Positions 9,882-20,254 of a DNA stretch of 64,000 nt are shown in pieces. Both the position numbers and the translations under genes were made by a program. Origin of the DNA: an uncultured Gammaproteobacteria bacterium (lineage in GTDB: Bacteria > Pseudomonadota > Gammaproteobacteria > Magnimaribacterales > Magnimaribacteraceae); assembly GCA_964614345.1 (NCBI GenBank), contig CAZTLP010000004.1, positions 2,491 to 66,490 of the forward strand, in the 5' to 3' direction. Numbering within the stretch: the stretch's first letter is position 1; each line of letters opens with the position of its first letter. The notes below the pieces were generated by a model. That model had not been told where the DNA came from. It saw nothing but the letters and a program-made list of their open reading frames with translations, and made no database searches.

Positions 9882-10345
9882 AATTTCATATAATTGCTAT
9901 AGAAGGGAAAAGGCCTTTGTGGGCAAAAACTGCTTTTGAGGATTATCAACAAAGATTCGATCAATCAATACAGATTAAATGGTCTGGTATTAAACCAGAT
10001 CGTAATACCAGATCCCTAGGCAAGAAGAAAAGAATTTTTACGGAAGGTAAAAAACTTCTTAAATCTGTTAACAAAGACACCACTATCATTGCGCTAAATA
10101 AAGAAGGTGTGAGTTGGACTACTTTAAAATTAAAAGAAAAATTTAATCAATGGTTAACTTCATCTAAAGATGTTTCTTTTTTAATTGGGGGTCCCGAAGG
10201 TTTAAGTGAAGAGTGCCTTAACTCATCCAATGAGATCTGGTCACTATCACCTCTTACATTTCCTCATTCATTAGTTCCTATTATTCTCATTGAACAACTT
10301 TATAGAGTTTGGTCAATTGAAAAGAATCACCCTTATCACAAATAG
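9878..10345 (+). CDS. rlmH: 23S rRNA (pseudouridine1915-N3)-methyltransferase RlmH
   Basis: 155 aa SPOUT-type protein with the motif FLIGGPEGLS and a C-terminal EQLYRVWSI..NHPYHK. Its start overlaps the rsfS stop (ATGA). Confidence 0.9.
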   Translation: MKFHIIAIEGKRPLWAKTAFEDYQQRFDQSIQIKWSGIKPDRNTRSLGKKKRIFTEGKKLLKSVNKDTTIIALNKEGVSWTTLKLKEKFNQWLTSSKDVSFLIGGPEGLSEECLNSSNEIWSLSPLTFPHSLVPIILIEQLYRVWSIEKNHPYHK

Positions 10346-10348
10346 AAA

Positions 10349-12193
10349 ATGTCGGAATTTTTGAATTTAGATAGAGAGAAAGAATCTCAAACTAAGCTTA
10401 CAAACAGGTCAAAATTTTTGTTTTTACTAATAGGACTATTTGGGATTGTTACTCTTTTTCAGATATTTAAATTAACTGTTCTAGATTCAAGCCTATATAC
10501 AACAATCTCAGATGAAAACAGAATCGTTAATGTACCTATATATACCTCTAGAGGATTGATAAGACTTTCTAATGGCGAGATAGTCACTGAGAATATAGTT
10601 TCTCAAGCCTTAACAATATCGCCCTCCAAGATCAAGGATATTGACCAAACATTAAAAGAATTAAAGAAAAGTCTCATTATCAATGAAAAACAACTGTTAG
10701 CCTATAAAGAGAAATCCTTTAGTAAACAATCTCAGTATGAAAGGCTAGTTCTTGCTCAGAACTTGTCTCAGGAACAAATAGCAAGGTTCTCTGTAGAAAG
10801 TGAAAGATGGCCAGATTTATCTATTGAGGCGAGACTTATGCGTTTTAATCTATTTGGACCTACCTTTTCGCATGTACTTGGTTACGTGGGACAGATAAGT
10901 CGCGAAGAAATAGAAGATAGCATGAGTTTTTCTTACCCTCTTTCTTTTCAAATAGGGAAATCTGGAGTTGAAAAGTCTTATGAAGAGCAAATGAGAGGAG
11001 GAGTAGGCTATAAGACTATTGAAGTAGATGTTCATGGAAATGAAGTAAGAGAATTAACAAGAGTTATACCAAAAAAGGGAAGCGATATTTATCTTACTTT
11101 GGATAAAGATCTACAGGAGCTTGCAAGAAGTGAGTTAGGGGGCAGGAAAGGAGCTGTGGTAGCCCTAGACCCGAATAATGGATTTATAAAAGCCCTTGTT
11201 AGTGGTCCAGACTTTAATCCTAATATTTTAAATAAAACTGAGGCAGGTGATTTAGATATCATTCTTAATGATCTAGAAAGTCCTCTTTTTAATAGAGCTA
11301 TTTCAGGGAGTTATCCTCCTGCCTCAACCATTAAACCCTTCATAGGTCTTCTTGGTTTAAAAGAAGGTGAGATAGATTGGAATACCACAATCCAAGATGA
11401 AGGTTTCTTTCAATTAAATGAAGAAGGAAGAAAGTATAGGGGTTGGAAGGAAGAGGGGCACGGTCAAGTAAATTTAACAAAATCTATAATTGAATCTTCT
11501 GATGTTTTCTTTTATCAACTTGCTGCCCAGTTAACAGTAGATCGTATAGCTACCTTTTTAGAAAAATTTGGTTTCGGTCTTAAAACTGGAGTGGATTTGT
11601 ATGCGGAAGCAGAAGGGGTATTACCTGATAGAAAATGGAAATTAGGAGCTATAGGAGAATCTTGGTTTGTAGGAGACACAGTAAATATGGGCATAGGGCA
11701 GGGTTACATTTCTAGCACACCTTTGCAACTTGCCTTAGCTGTCTCTTCAATTGCAACAAGAGGAAAGATTTATAAACCCAAGGTAGTAGTTAAAGTAGAT
11801 GAAACCATAAAAGAAAAGGAGATTTTTCTAGAAATTGATTCAATTAAAGAATCTGATTGGGAAAAATTAGAAAGCTCAATGGTTTCAGTGATTTCCGACT
11901 GGAGAGGAACGGCATTCAATTTAAATGAAATAGCCAAGAATAAAATTGCCGGCAAAACAGGAACAGCTCAAATTAAAAGTCTTACTGATGAGGAGCTCAC
12001 AGTAAAAGAAGAGTATGAAGACATAAGACAAGAAGTGAGTAATAGAGACCACGCTTTATTTGTGGGATATGGTCCTGTCCCCGAACCTAAACTAACTGTA
12101 GTTGTGATAGTAGAAAATGGAGAATCTGGGAGCGCTATTGCTGCTCCTATAGCTCAAAAATTAATTGATAAGTACTTATCAAAGAATAATTAA
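10349..12193 (+). CDS. mrdA: Penicillin-binding protein 2 (elongasome transpeptidase)
   Basis: 614 aa with an N-terminal TM anchor, the SxxK motif (PPASTIKP), an SSD (SxN-type) motif and KTGTA. Immediately upstream of rodA. Confidence 0.9.
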   Translation: MSEFLNLDREKESQTKLTNRSKFLFLLIGLFGIVTLFQIFKLTVLDSSLYTTISDENRIVNVPIYTSRGLIRLSNGEIVTENIVSQALTISPSKIKDIDQTLKELKKSLIINEKQLLAYKEKSFSKQSQYERLVLAQNLSQEQIARFSVESERWPDLSIEARLMRFNLFGPTFSHVLGYVGQISREEIEDSMSFSYPLSFQIGKSGVEKSYEEQMRGGVGYKTIEVDVHGNEVRELTRVIPKKGSDIYLTLDKDLQELARSELGGRKGAVVALDPNNGFIKALVSGPDFNPNILNKTEAGDLDIILNDLESPLFNRAISGSYPPASTIKPFIGLLGLKEGEIDWNTTIQDEGFFQLNEEGRKYRGWKEEGHGQVNLTKSIIESSDVFFYQLAAQLTVDRIATFLEKFGFGLKTGVDLYAEAEGVLPDRKWKLGAIGESWFVGDTVNMGIGQGYISSTPLQLALAVSSIATRGKIYKPKVVVKVDETIKEKEIFLEIDSIKESDWEKLESSMVSVISDWRGTAFNLNEIAKNKIAGKTGTAQIKSLTDEELTVKEEYEDIRQEVSNRDHALFVGYGPVPEPKLTVVVIVENGESGSAIAAPIAQKLIDKYLSKNN

Positions 12194-13321
12194 ATGTCCA
12201 GTAAAGCGCCTCTTGATTATCAGTTAAATACTTCCTTTGGAAGAAAGAAGTTTACTTTATCAAACTTATTAATAGACCCAATTTTAGTTTTCTCATTATT
12301 AACCATTCTAATTTTTGGTCTTTTTGTTCTGTTTAGTGCCAGTGGTCAAACAACAGTTATGGTTATGAAACAATCCATTTATATAGCTATAGGCCTATTA
12401 CTGATGTTTTTTATTTCTAGATTAGATCAGAGTGTTTATAAGAGTTTTCTAATGCACCTCTTTTGGTTGGGATTAATACTTTTAATTTGGGTTTTATTAT
12501 TTCCAGCGGAAGGATATAAAACAGACCGTTGGATAGATTTGGGTTTTATAGGTTTTCAACCCTCTGAGGTTATTAGGCTTCTATTGCCGTTAGCAGCTGC
12601 TTCTTATTTAACTAGAAACCAGAGAAGTCTTACAACTAAAGATTGGTTTGTTGTGCTAGTGGCAATTTTTAGCTGCAGCTATCTTGTTTTTAAACAACCA
12701 GACCTAGGTACTGCACTAATAGTACTAGCATCAGGGTGTATTCCAGTTTTTTTAGCAGGATTTCCTTTGTTAATCGTAATCATATTTATAATGGTAGTGA
12801 TAATATCTTCACCATTCCTTTGGGCTAGCCTAACTCCTTATATGCAGCAGAGGGTTGTTACCTTATTTAATCCAGAGTCTGATTTGCTTGGTGCTGGATG
12901 GAATATCTCTCAATCTAAAACAGCTATAGGTTCAGGTGGTTTTTGGGGAAAGGGCTATTTAAACGGAACGCAAAGTCAGTTAGATTTTATTCCCGAAAGT
13001 CATTCAGATTTTATTTTTTCTGTTATAGGAGAAGAGTTTGGGTTCTTAGGGATTTTCTTACTCTTGATGTTATATGGCGTAATTCTTTATAGGGTGTTTA
13101 AGATTGCTCTAAATTCTTCTACAGAGTTTTCCAGGTTAGCAGCTACCTCTATTGGGTTTATCTTTTTAATTTTCCTATGGATCAATGTATCAATGACTGT
13201 TGGTACGCTCCCAGTTGTAGGTGTACCTCTACCGCTTGTTAGTCAGGGGGGGACTTCGATCCTTATTCATTTGGTTGCTTTTGGGTTTGTTTTATCGATG
13301 AAAAGAAGACAAACTTGGTAA
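12194..13321 (+). CDS. mrdB: Rod shape-determining protein RodA (SEDS glycosyltransferase)
   Basis: 375 aa, polytopic. SEDS block QSQLDFIPESHSDFIFSVIGEEFGFLG. The start abuts the mrdA stop. Confidence 0.9.
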   Translation: MSSKAPLDYQLNTSFGRKKFTLSNLLIDPILVFSLLTILIFGLFVLFSASGQTTVMVMKQSIYIAIGLLLMFFISRLDQSVYKSFLMHLFWLGLILLIWVLLFPAEGYKTDRWIDLGFIGFQPSEVIRLLLPLAAASYLTRNQRSLTTKDWFVVLVAIFSCSYLVFKQPDLGTALIVLASGCIPVFLAGFPLLIVIIFIMVVIISSPFLWASLTPYMQQRVVTLFNPESDLLGAGWNISQSKTAIGSGGFWGKGYLNGTQSQLDFIPESHSDFIFSVIGEEFGFLGIFLLLMLYGVILYRVFKIALNSSTEFSRLAATSIGFIFLIFLWINVSMTVGTLPVVGVPLPLVSQGGTSILIHLVAFGFVLSMKRRQTW

Positions 13322-13325
13322 AAAT

Positions 13326-14309
13326 ATGAAGCATTTTTTATTATTTCTTTTAATTGTTAGCACAATTTTTTCTTTTGAGATAAAAGCGGATGAGTTTATT
13401 CCTTATCAAAATAGAGCTGAAGTAATTGATTTTATTGAAATGATGCATAACAAGCATGGGTCTGATAAACAAGAACTGAAAGAATTATTTTCTAGTGTCA
13501 ATTTTCAAGAACGTGTTGTCCGAATAATGAATAGACAACCGGAAGGCACAATGACTTGGTCAAGTTATAAGAACATGATGGTTACCGATGACAGAATAGA
13601 TGCTGGGAAACAATTTATTAGTTTGTATAAAGAAGATTTAAAACGTGCTGAAGATATCTATGGAGTTCCAGCATCAATAATAGCTTCTATTATTGGAATA
13701 GAAACAAGGTACGGAAAAGTTACTGGGAATATTAGGGTTTTAGATTCACTAAGTACTTTGTCTTTTGATTACCCAAGAAGAGCTAAATTTTTTAAAGTCC
13801 AACTAGAAGAATTCCTTTTACTAGCTGAAGAAGAAAACTGGAACCCTACTAACATAAAAGGATCTATAGCAGGAGCTATGGGATTTGGCCAATTTATGCC
13901 TGATAGTTATAGAAACTATTCTGTAGATTTTGATTTTGATGGAAAAAGAGATATTTTAAATAATCCTGTAGATGCAATAGGAAGTGTAGCCAACTTTTTA
14001 AATAAAAAAGGTAAATGGGAACCAAATACAAAAATTGTATTAAAAGCAACTCTCAATGGGGAAAGGCCTAAGCTTAAATCAACTTTTAAACCATATATTA
14101 AGGTTTCTGATTTAAAGTCTTTAGGTATTTCACCAGTAGCAAAGTTGCAAAATCAATTACGGGTTATTCCTATAGAGTTAGAGATAGAGAAGGGTTATGA
14201 ATATTGGTTGGGTTTAAAAAATTATCAAGCTATATCAAGATATAATAGGAGTAAGCTATACATTATGGCAGTTTATGAGTTTAGTGAATCTTTAGCTGAA
14301 TTCTTTTAA
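13326..14309 (+). CDS. mltB: Lytic murein transglycosylase B-like
   Basis: 327 aa with a signal peptide. IIGIETRYG catalytic-Glu block and GAMGFGQFMPDSY, typical of the MltB/Slt35 family. Confidence 0.85.
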   Translation: MKHFLLFLLIVSTIFSFEIKADEFIPYQNRAEVIDFIEMMHNKHGSDKQELKELFSSVNFQERVVRIMNRQPEGTMTWSSYKNMMVTDDRIDAGKQFISLYKEDLKRAEDIYGVPASIIASIIGIETRYGKVTGNIRVLDSLSTLSFDYPRRAKFFKVQLEEFLLLAEEENWNPTNIKGSIAGAMGFGQFMPDSYRNYSVDFDFDGKRDILNNPVDAIGSVANFLNKKGKWEPNTKIVLKATLNGERPKLKSTFKPYIKVSDLKSLGISPVAKLQNQLRVIPIELEIEKGYEYWLGLKNYQAISRYNRSKLYIMAVYEFSESLAEFF

Positions 14310-14318
14310 TAAAGAGAA

Positions 14319-15476
14319 ATGTTAAAAAAATTATTTTATTTAGTTGTCAGTCTTTTTCTCCCAATACTCATGTTTGGAAATGAAAGTTTTATTCCTGATC
14401 CACCTTCCTTGAGTTCAGCAAATTATATCTTGATAGATTCAACTACAAATCGGGTATTAGCTAACTTAAACGAGGATGAACAGATTGAACCAGCAAGTAT
14501 CACTAAAATTATGACAGGGTATATCGTTTCTGATCAAATCCAAGATGGATTCCTAAGTCTAGATGATCAGGTCTTGATAAGCGAGAATTGTTGGAGAAAG
14601 AAAGGCTCTAGAATGTTTATTGAAGAAAGTTCGAGAGTATCTCTTCTAGATTTAATAAAAGGGATGGTAATACAGTCTGGTAATGATGCTACTTGTGCTA
14701 TAGCAGAACACGTAGCAGGCTCAGAAGATAACTTTGTAGATCTTATGATGCGATACGCTAATAGAATGGAATTAACAAATACTAGTTTTGTTAATCCTTC
14801 AGGGTGGCCTGACCCTGAACACTATTCTTCAGCTCAAGATATAGCAAAACTATCAATGCTCTTAATAAAAGATTTTCCTGAGCATTACTCTCTTTATAAA
14901 GAAAAATGGTTTACTTACAACAATATTCGTCAAAGAAACCGCAATGCGCTTCTTTGGCAAGATGATTCAATTGATGGATTAAAAACTGGACATACAGATT
15001 CAGCAGGATTTTGCTTAGTTTCTTCAGGCGTAAGAGAACAAACAAGACTAATTGCCGTAACCTTAAAAAGTAGTTCAGAAAAAAGCAGACTCACTGATAA
15101 CAGAAGATTGCTTGATTATGGCTTCAGGTACTTTAGGACTAAAAAATTAGTAAACAAGGGACAAAATATTAAAGAAGAACAGGTTTGGGGTGGTGAGACT
15201 GAGAAAGTAGGTATAGCTCCAATAGAGGACTTCTATCTAACTCTTCCTTTAAGAGATTTCAAAAAGATAGAGTCCTTCATATCTTTAAATGATTATCTTC
15301 AAGCTCCAATTTCAGAAGATGAAATAGTTGGGAAAATGATTTTTAAATTAGGCGAAGAGGAGGTTGGATCTGTAGATTTGGTTACAGTTAATGAAGTAAA
15401 CAGCCTAGGCTTGCTTGGAAGGGCTTGGTCTAATATCAAGTTATTAGTCTATAGGTTTCTAATGGAAGAAGAATAA
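14319..15476 (+). CDS. dacA: D-alanyl-D-alanine carboxypeptidase (PBP5/6 type)
   Basis: 385 aa with a signal peptide and the three class A LMM-PBP motifs: SITK, SGND and KTGHT. Confidence 0.85.
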   Translation: MLKKLFYLVVSLFLPILMFGNESFIPDPPSLSSANYILIDSTTNRVLANLNEDEQIEPASITKIMTGYIVSDQIQDGFLSLDDQVLISENCWRKKGSRMFIEESSRVSLLDLIKGMVIQSGNDATCAIAEHVAGSEDNFVDLMMRYANRMELTNTSFVNPSGWPDPEHYSSAQDIAKLSMLLIKDFPEHYSLYKEKWFTYNNIRQRNRNALLWQDDSIDGLKTGHTDSAGFCLVSSGVREQTRLIAVTLKSSSEKSRLTDNRRLLDYGFRYFRTKKLVNKGQNIKEEQVWGGETEKVGIAPIEDFYLTLPLRDFKKIESFISLNDYLQAPISEDEIVGKMIFKLGEEEVGSVDLVTVNEVNSLGLLGRAWSNIKLLVYRFLMEEE

Positions 15477-15484
15477 CTTTCGTT

Positions 15485-16333
15485 ATGTCTTGGACCTATT
15501 TAAATAAGGAATTTTTAAGAAGAGAAGAAGTAAAAATTTCTCCTTTTGATCGCGGTTTTTTGTTTGGTGATGGTGTTTATGAAGTTATTCCAGTGTATGA
15601 AGGGATAGCCTTTCTTCTCGAAGACCATATAGCTAGATTAAGCCGTTCTTTAAATTCAACTGGCATTAAAAATCCGCAAAAATGGAATGATATTCCTCAA
15701 ATAATTCTTGAACTAGTTAAAAAAAATAACTTTAGTAATCAATCAGTTTACCTTCAGATAACTAGAGGTGAGGATTCAATTAGAAACCATATTCCAGACC
15801 CCGAAGTCGAACCCACTTTGTTTATTACTTCCTCAGAGCTTAAAGTTAATCCTTTCAGATTAGACCCAGAAAGAAAAGGATTGTCAGTGAAGACTCTAGA
15901 AGATCCAAGATGGAACAGGTGTGACATCAAGGCAGTTACTTTACTTTCAAACATCATGGCCATGAAAGAAGCTAATCTAGAAGGGAATGATGGAGTAATA
16001 TTTTGTGCCGATGGAGAAATAACTGAAGGTGCTGCAAGTAACGTTTTTGCTGTATTTGATAATCAAGTAATTACCACTCCTGAATCAAATCAAATACTTT
16101 CTGGGATAACCAGAAAACATGTTATTTCTTTGCTAAATAACAAAGGAATTGAAGTACTGGAAAGGGCTTTAAAATTAGAGGAAATATATAAAGCTGAAGA
16201 GGTATGGTTAACGAGTTCCACACAAGAAATACAACCAATAACAAAGATTGATGGAAGAGATATAGATCTAAAGAATTCTTATGAAGATTGTTTATGGTAT
16301 GAACTTCTAACCTCTTACTTTAGTCTGGTTTAA
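15485..16333 (+). CDS. dat: D-amino-acid (D-alanine) aminotransferase, fold type IV
   Basis: 282 aa. FLFGDGVYEVI, RCDIKAVTLLSNIMAMKEA and TEGAASNVFAV match blocks of Bacillus Dat recalled from memory. PabC-like function cannot be excluded. Confidence 0.75.
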   Translation: MSWTYLNKEFLRREEVKISPFDRGFLFGDGVYEVIPVYEGIAFLLEDHIARLSRSLNSTGIKNPQKWNDIPQIILELVKKNNFSNQSVYLQITRGEDSIRNHIPDPEVEPTLFITSSELKVNPFRLDPERKGLSVKTLEDPRWNRCDIKAVTLLSNIMAMKEANLEGNDGVIFCADGEITEGAASNVFAVFDNQVITTPESNQILSGITRKHVISLLNNKGIEVLERALKLEEIYKAEEVWLTSSTQEIQPITKIDGRDIDLKNSYEDCLWYELLTSYFSLV

Positions 16334-17301
16334 AAAGTAAGAGTAAGCTCTCTTATACCGAGCCAAGGATTTTGCTTATTAAACCCCTTGATACAGGAAT
16401 CTATGAAGGCTATTCTTTTGTAAGCTTTTAGAATTTTATATTTATCAACTTCCTTAGAGGTTTTTGTAAGAGAATCTAAATAGTTTCTAGGCCCCCAAAT
16501 TCCTTTGGTAGAACCTGATTTTAATACTTTAAATAAGTTATTCAGTTCTCTTGTTAACGCCCAAATAATAAGAGATTCAGGTGTTCCTTCTACTTTAAGT
16601 GACTCTAAGACTTGAATTGCTTTTGATGTATTTCTAGAAACAAAAGCATTTGAGAAATCAAAAATTGTATATTTAGATGAACCTGTGATGCTTTTTTTCA
16701 TTTTATCTAGATCTATTTTTTCAGAAGGATAGACCAAAGATAACTTCCTTATTTCTTGTAAAGTAGCCATTAGGTTCCCCTCAGTCTTTTCTGTTAATAG
16801 CTGTAAGGCTTCTTGTGTTATCTCAATATTCATTTCCTTTGCTTTATTATTAATCCAGACTTTTAAAGAATTAGATGAAAGTGGTGCAATGGAAATTAAA
16901 GTTCCAACTTCTTCTAAAGCCTTGACCCAAGCAGAGGAAATACTTTTTCTTTCAAGATCTTCTCCAATTACAACTAGTAAAGTATTTGAGTCCGGACTTT
17001 TTGAATAAGCCTTCAAAGAATTTGCTCCTTTAACACCTGGGCCTTGTCCAAGAAGCTTAATCTCTAAGATTTTTTTTGATCCAAAAAGGTCTAAGTTGTC
17101 TGAATTAGAAGATAAGAATTCCCAGTTGCTTTTGGAATCTATTATGTGAGTATTTTTTTCAGCAAATCCTTCAAGTTTAGCTTTAGAATAAATTTTTTCT
17201 AAGTTTTCTTCTATAAGGATGGATTCATCTGCAAGGATTACATAGATATTATCCAAAGATGTTTTTAAGACATCATTAAGCCTGTCTTCAGTTAGTTTCA
17301 T
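16330..17301 (-). CDS. holA: DNA polymerase III delta subunit
   Basis: 323 aa. The call rests mainly on the conserved leuS-lptE-holA order and on a size and helical-domain pattern consistent with HolA. Confidence 0.75.
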   Translation of the reverse strand: MKLTEDRLNDVLKTSLDNIYVILADESILIEENLEKIYSKAKLEGFAEKNTHIIDSKSNWEFLSSNSDNLDLFGSKKILEIKLLGQGPGVKGANSLKAYSKSPDSNTLLVVIGEDLERKSISSAWVKALEEVGTLISIAPLSSNSLKVWINNKAKEMNIEITQEALQLLTEKTEGNLMATLQEIRKLSLVYPSEKIDLDKMKKSITGSSKYTIFDFSNAFVSRNTSKAIQVLESLKVEGTPESLIIWALTRELNNLFKVLKSGSTKGIWGPRNYLDSLTKTSKEVDKYKILKAYKRIAFIDSCIKGFNKQNPWLGIRELTLTF

Positions 17302-17797
17302 TCAAAAGGTTAAGCAAGGAAAAATTAATCCTTTTTAATGCATTCTTAAAAAAGTTTTCCCTAAGTCTATTTTCCACTTCCTCAATAGCTAAAATTCTTG
17401 ATTCGTCGAAAGAATAATAACTGTTATCTTTAAATTCCAGTAAGAAATCATCTTTCTTTCCCTTAGGAGTTAAACTAATTTTTAAATGGTACTCCAAACG
17501 AGCCTCTTTGGTTCGGGCTCCAGCCCCTAATGCAGATGAATACCTAGTAATTGTATGCTCAAGGATCTCTATTTCTAAATCAGTGTCTCCAGTTTCTTTA
17601 TTCAGATATAACTGTCTTAAACCAGATTGCCTTTTAAGGGTACTAGCAAACTCTTGATTCAAGTTATTTTCGTTGAAATAGAGGCTAACAACTAGATCAT
17701 TTAGACCTTGATATGAACTTCTAAGTTTGTAATCACAGCCGACTAGAAAAAAGCTAATGAATAAGAATGCTAAGGTTTTTTTTAAAGCTATTATCAC
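17288..17797 (-). CDS. lptE: LPS-assembly lipoprotein LptE
   Basis: 169 aa. Lipoprotein signal with lipobox LVGC followed by DYKLR (E. coli has GCGWHLR). Positioned between leuS and holA. Confidence 0.75.
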   Translation of the reverse strand: MIIALKKTLAFLFISFFLVGCDYKLRSSYQGLNDLVVSLYFNENNLNQEFASTLKRQSGLRQLYLNKETGDTDLEIEILEHTITRYSSALGAGARTKEARLEYHLKISLTPKGKKDDFLLEFKDNSYYSFDESRILAIEEVENRLRENFFKNALKRINFSLLNLLNETN

Positions 17798-17802
17798 TTT
17801 TC

Positions 17803-20253
17803 TTAAATAACAAAATTCAATAATTTTTTATCAATATAAATTATTTTTTTGATGTCCTTACCCTCAATATACTTTTTTATGTTTTCTTGTTCTTTAGCTA
17901 TTTTTTCTATTTCTATTTGGGGTAAATTAGAGTCAACTGTAATTTGCCCTCTAAGCTTACCGTTAATTTGAATAGCTATTTCAATAGACTCCTTCTCAAG
18001 TAAACTTTCATCTGCTTCAGGCCATTCAACATCAATAATTAGTTCTTTATTCCCAAGCTGGTTCCACAAAGCATGGGTAATGTGTGGAGTAATAGGAGAG
18101 AGACTTATTAGAATAGTATTTATAGCTTCTCTAACTGAAGACTTCTCGGAATCTTTAGCATTAATAGATAAAAATTCTTTTGGTATTGCATTCGTTAATT
18201 CCATAATTGACGCTATGGCTGTATTAAACGAGTGCCTTCTTAAAAAGTCATCTTTAACCTTATAAAGAGTTTGGTGTGTTTTATTTCTTAAAGTTGTTAC
18301 GCTTTCATTTGAGTCACTAAAATCTAACTCTTTATTTGACTTTGAATCTATATGTTCTTGAACCAAGTTCCACAATCTATTTAAATACCTTGATGCCCCT
18401 TGCAGCCCTTGTTCAGACCACTCAAAAGACTGATCAGGTGGCGCAACAAACATTACAAACAACCTTAGAGTATCAGCTCCATAAAGTTCTATTACCTCAC
18501 TTGGGTCTACAACATTTCCTTTAGATTTTGACATTTTTGATCCATCTTTAAGAACCATTCCTTGACACAATAGATTAATGAAAGGTTCCGAACCTTCAAC
18601 TAAACCTAAGTCTCTAAGGCATCTATAAAAGAATCTAGAATAAAGTAGATGGAGTACGGCATGTTCAATACCTCCAACATACTGATCAACAGGAAGCCAA
18701 TACTTAGCTCTTTCATCTAGCATGGCTTGATCGCTATCAAAAGAAGCAAATCTGGCGTAATACCAAGAAGACTCGAAGAAGGTATCAAAAGTATCTGTTT
18801 CTCTTATAAACTCCTCACCATCTACTGAAACCTTAGTGAATTCCTCCATCTCAGATAGAGGAGATTTGACTCCAGAAAATTTAACCTCAGTTGGCAGCAC
18901 AACAGGTATATTGTTTGCGCCTTGCAATTCTCCTTTAGAATTTTTCATTGCGGGAATAGGGGCGCCCCAATATCTTTGCCTCGAAACCCCCCAATCCCTT
19001 AGTCTATAATTTATCTGCCTTTGACCGCATTTTAATTTTTTAGCTTTTTTATTGATTTGTTCAAAAGCTTTATCAAAACTTAGACCATTGAATTCGTCTG
19101 AATTAATCAATTCATTTTTTTCTAGTATAGCTCCTTCTTCAATTGATCCTTTTGAAGTTCCTTTAATTACCTGCTTAATGTCTAAATCATATTTTTTTGC
19201 AAACTCATAGTCCCTCTCATCGTGTGCAGGTACACCCATTAGTGCCCCTGAGCCATATCCAGAGAGCACGAAATTAGCTATCCAAATAGGAATTTCTTTT
19301 TTTGAGAAAGGGTGATTGGCTTTCAGTCCAGTATCAATACCTAATTTTTCTTGTTTGGCTAAATCAGCTTCAGATAATTTAATAGAATTGATGTCTTTTA
19401 AGAATGCTTTAATAGTTTTATCTTCTTTTTGTAAATCTAAGGCTATAGGGTGGTCACTTGAAATAGCTAAAAAAGTCACACCCATGATCGTGTCTGGTCT
19501 TGTTGTGAAAACAGAAATAGGCGGGGCTCCTTTTTTAAAGTTAAAGTCGAATTCCATGCCTTCAGATTTACCTATCCAGTTCTTTTGCATGGCCTTTACT
19601 CGTTCAGGCCATCCATCTAGATTATCCGTTTCTTGAAGCATTTCTTCAGCGTATTCAGTTATTTTTAAGAACCACTGCTTTAGCTTTCTTCTTTCAATTT
19701 TGGCCCCTGAACGCCAACCCTTTCCATCTTCTACCTGTTCATTTGCCAAGACCGTTTCTTCAACAGGGTCCCAATTAACATCGGCTTCTGCTTGGTAAGC
19801 AATACCTTTGTTCATCATTTCTATAAAGAACCATTGTTCCCATTTGTAATAATGCGGGTCACAAGTTGCAAGTTCTCTTTTCCAGTCATAGGCAAATCCC
19901 ATCTTCTTAAATTCAGATCTCATTTTTTCAATATTTCTATTTGTCCAATCAGAAGGTTGAACTTTATTTTCAATAGCAGCGTTTTCAGCGGGTAATCCAA
20001 AAGCGTCCCAGCCCATGGGTTGGAGAACATTTTTCCCCAGTAACCTTTGAAATCTACTAATTGCATCACCAAGGGTGTAGTTTCTGACATGGCCCATGTG
20101 AGCAGATCCACTGGGGTAGGGGAACATGCTTAAGCAGTAAAATTTCTCTTTATTAGGATCTTCAGTTACAGAAAAGACTTCATTAGTGTCCCAAAAATCT
20201 TGGGCTTCACTTTCCACATCCTTATGCGAATATTCTTTCTTTGCCTTGGGCAT
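17803..20253 (-). CDS. leuS: Leucyl-tRNA synthetase
   Basis: 816 aa with class I signatures HMGH (SAHMGHVRNY) and KMSKS, plus the bacterial LeuS editing-domain layout. Confidence 0.97.
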   Translation of the reverse strand: MPKAKKEYSHKDVESEAQDFWDTNEVFSVTEDPNKEKFYCLSMFPYPSGSAHMGHVRNYTLGDAISRFQRLLGKNVLQPMGWDAFGLPAENAAIENKVQPSDWTNRNIEKMRSEFKKMGFAYDWKRELATCDPHYYKWEQWFFIEMMNKGIAYQAEADVNWDPVEETVLANEQVEDGKGWRSGAKIERRKLKQWFLKITEYAEEMLQETDNLDGWPERVKAMQKNWIGKSEGMEFDFNFKKGAPPISVFTTRPDTIMGVTFLAISSDHPIALDLQKEDKTIKAFLKDINSIKLSEADLAKQEKLGIDTGLKANHPFSKKEIPIWIANFVLSGYGSGALMGVPAHDERDYEFAKKYDLDIKQVIKGTSKGSIEEGAILEKNELINSDEFNGLSFDKAFEQINKKAKKLKCGQRQINYRLRDWGVSRQRYWGAPIPAMKNSKGELQGANNIPVVLPTEVKFSGVKSPLSEMEEFTKVSVDGEEFIRETDTFDTFFESSWYYARFASFDSDQAMLDERAKYWLPVDQYVGGIEHAVLHLLYSRFFYRCLRDLGLVEGSEPFINLLCQGMVLKDGSKMSKSKGNVVDPSEVIELYGADTLRLFVMFVAPPDQSFEWSEQGLQGASRYLNRLWNLVQEHIDSKSNKELDFSDSNESVTTLRNKTHQTLYKVKDDFLRRHSFNTAIASIMELTNAIPKEFLSINAKDSEKSSVREAINTILISLSPITPHITHALWNQLGNKELIIDVEWPEADESLLEKESIEIAIQINGKLRGQITVDSNLPQIEIEKIAKEQENIKKYIEGKDIKKIIYIDKKLLNFVI

Positions 20254-20254
20254 A

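Noticed and set aside
19316-19636. 106-aa ORF and several 60-67-aa ORFs antisense to leuS (18080-19995)
   Set aside because: All lie inside leuS, whose frame is unambiguous.
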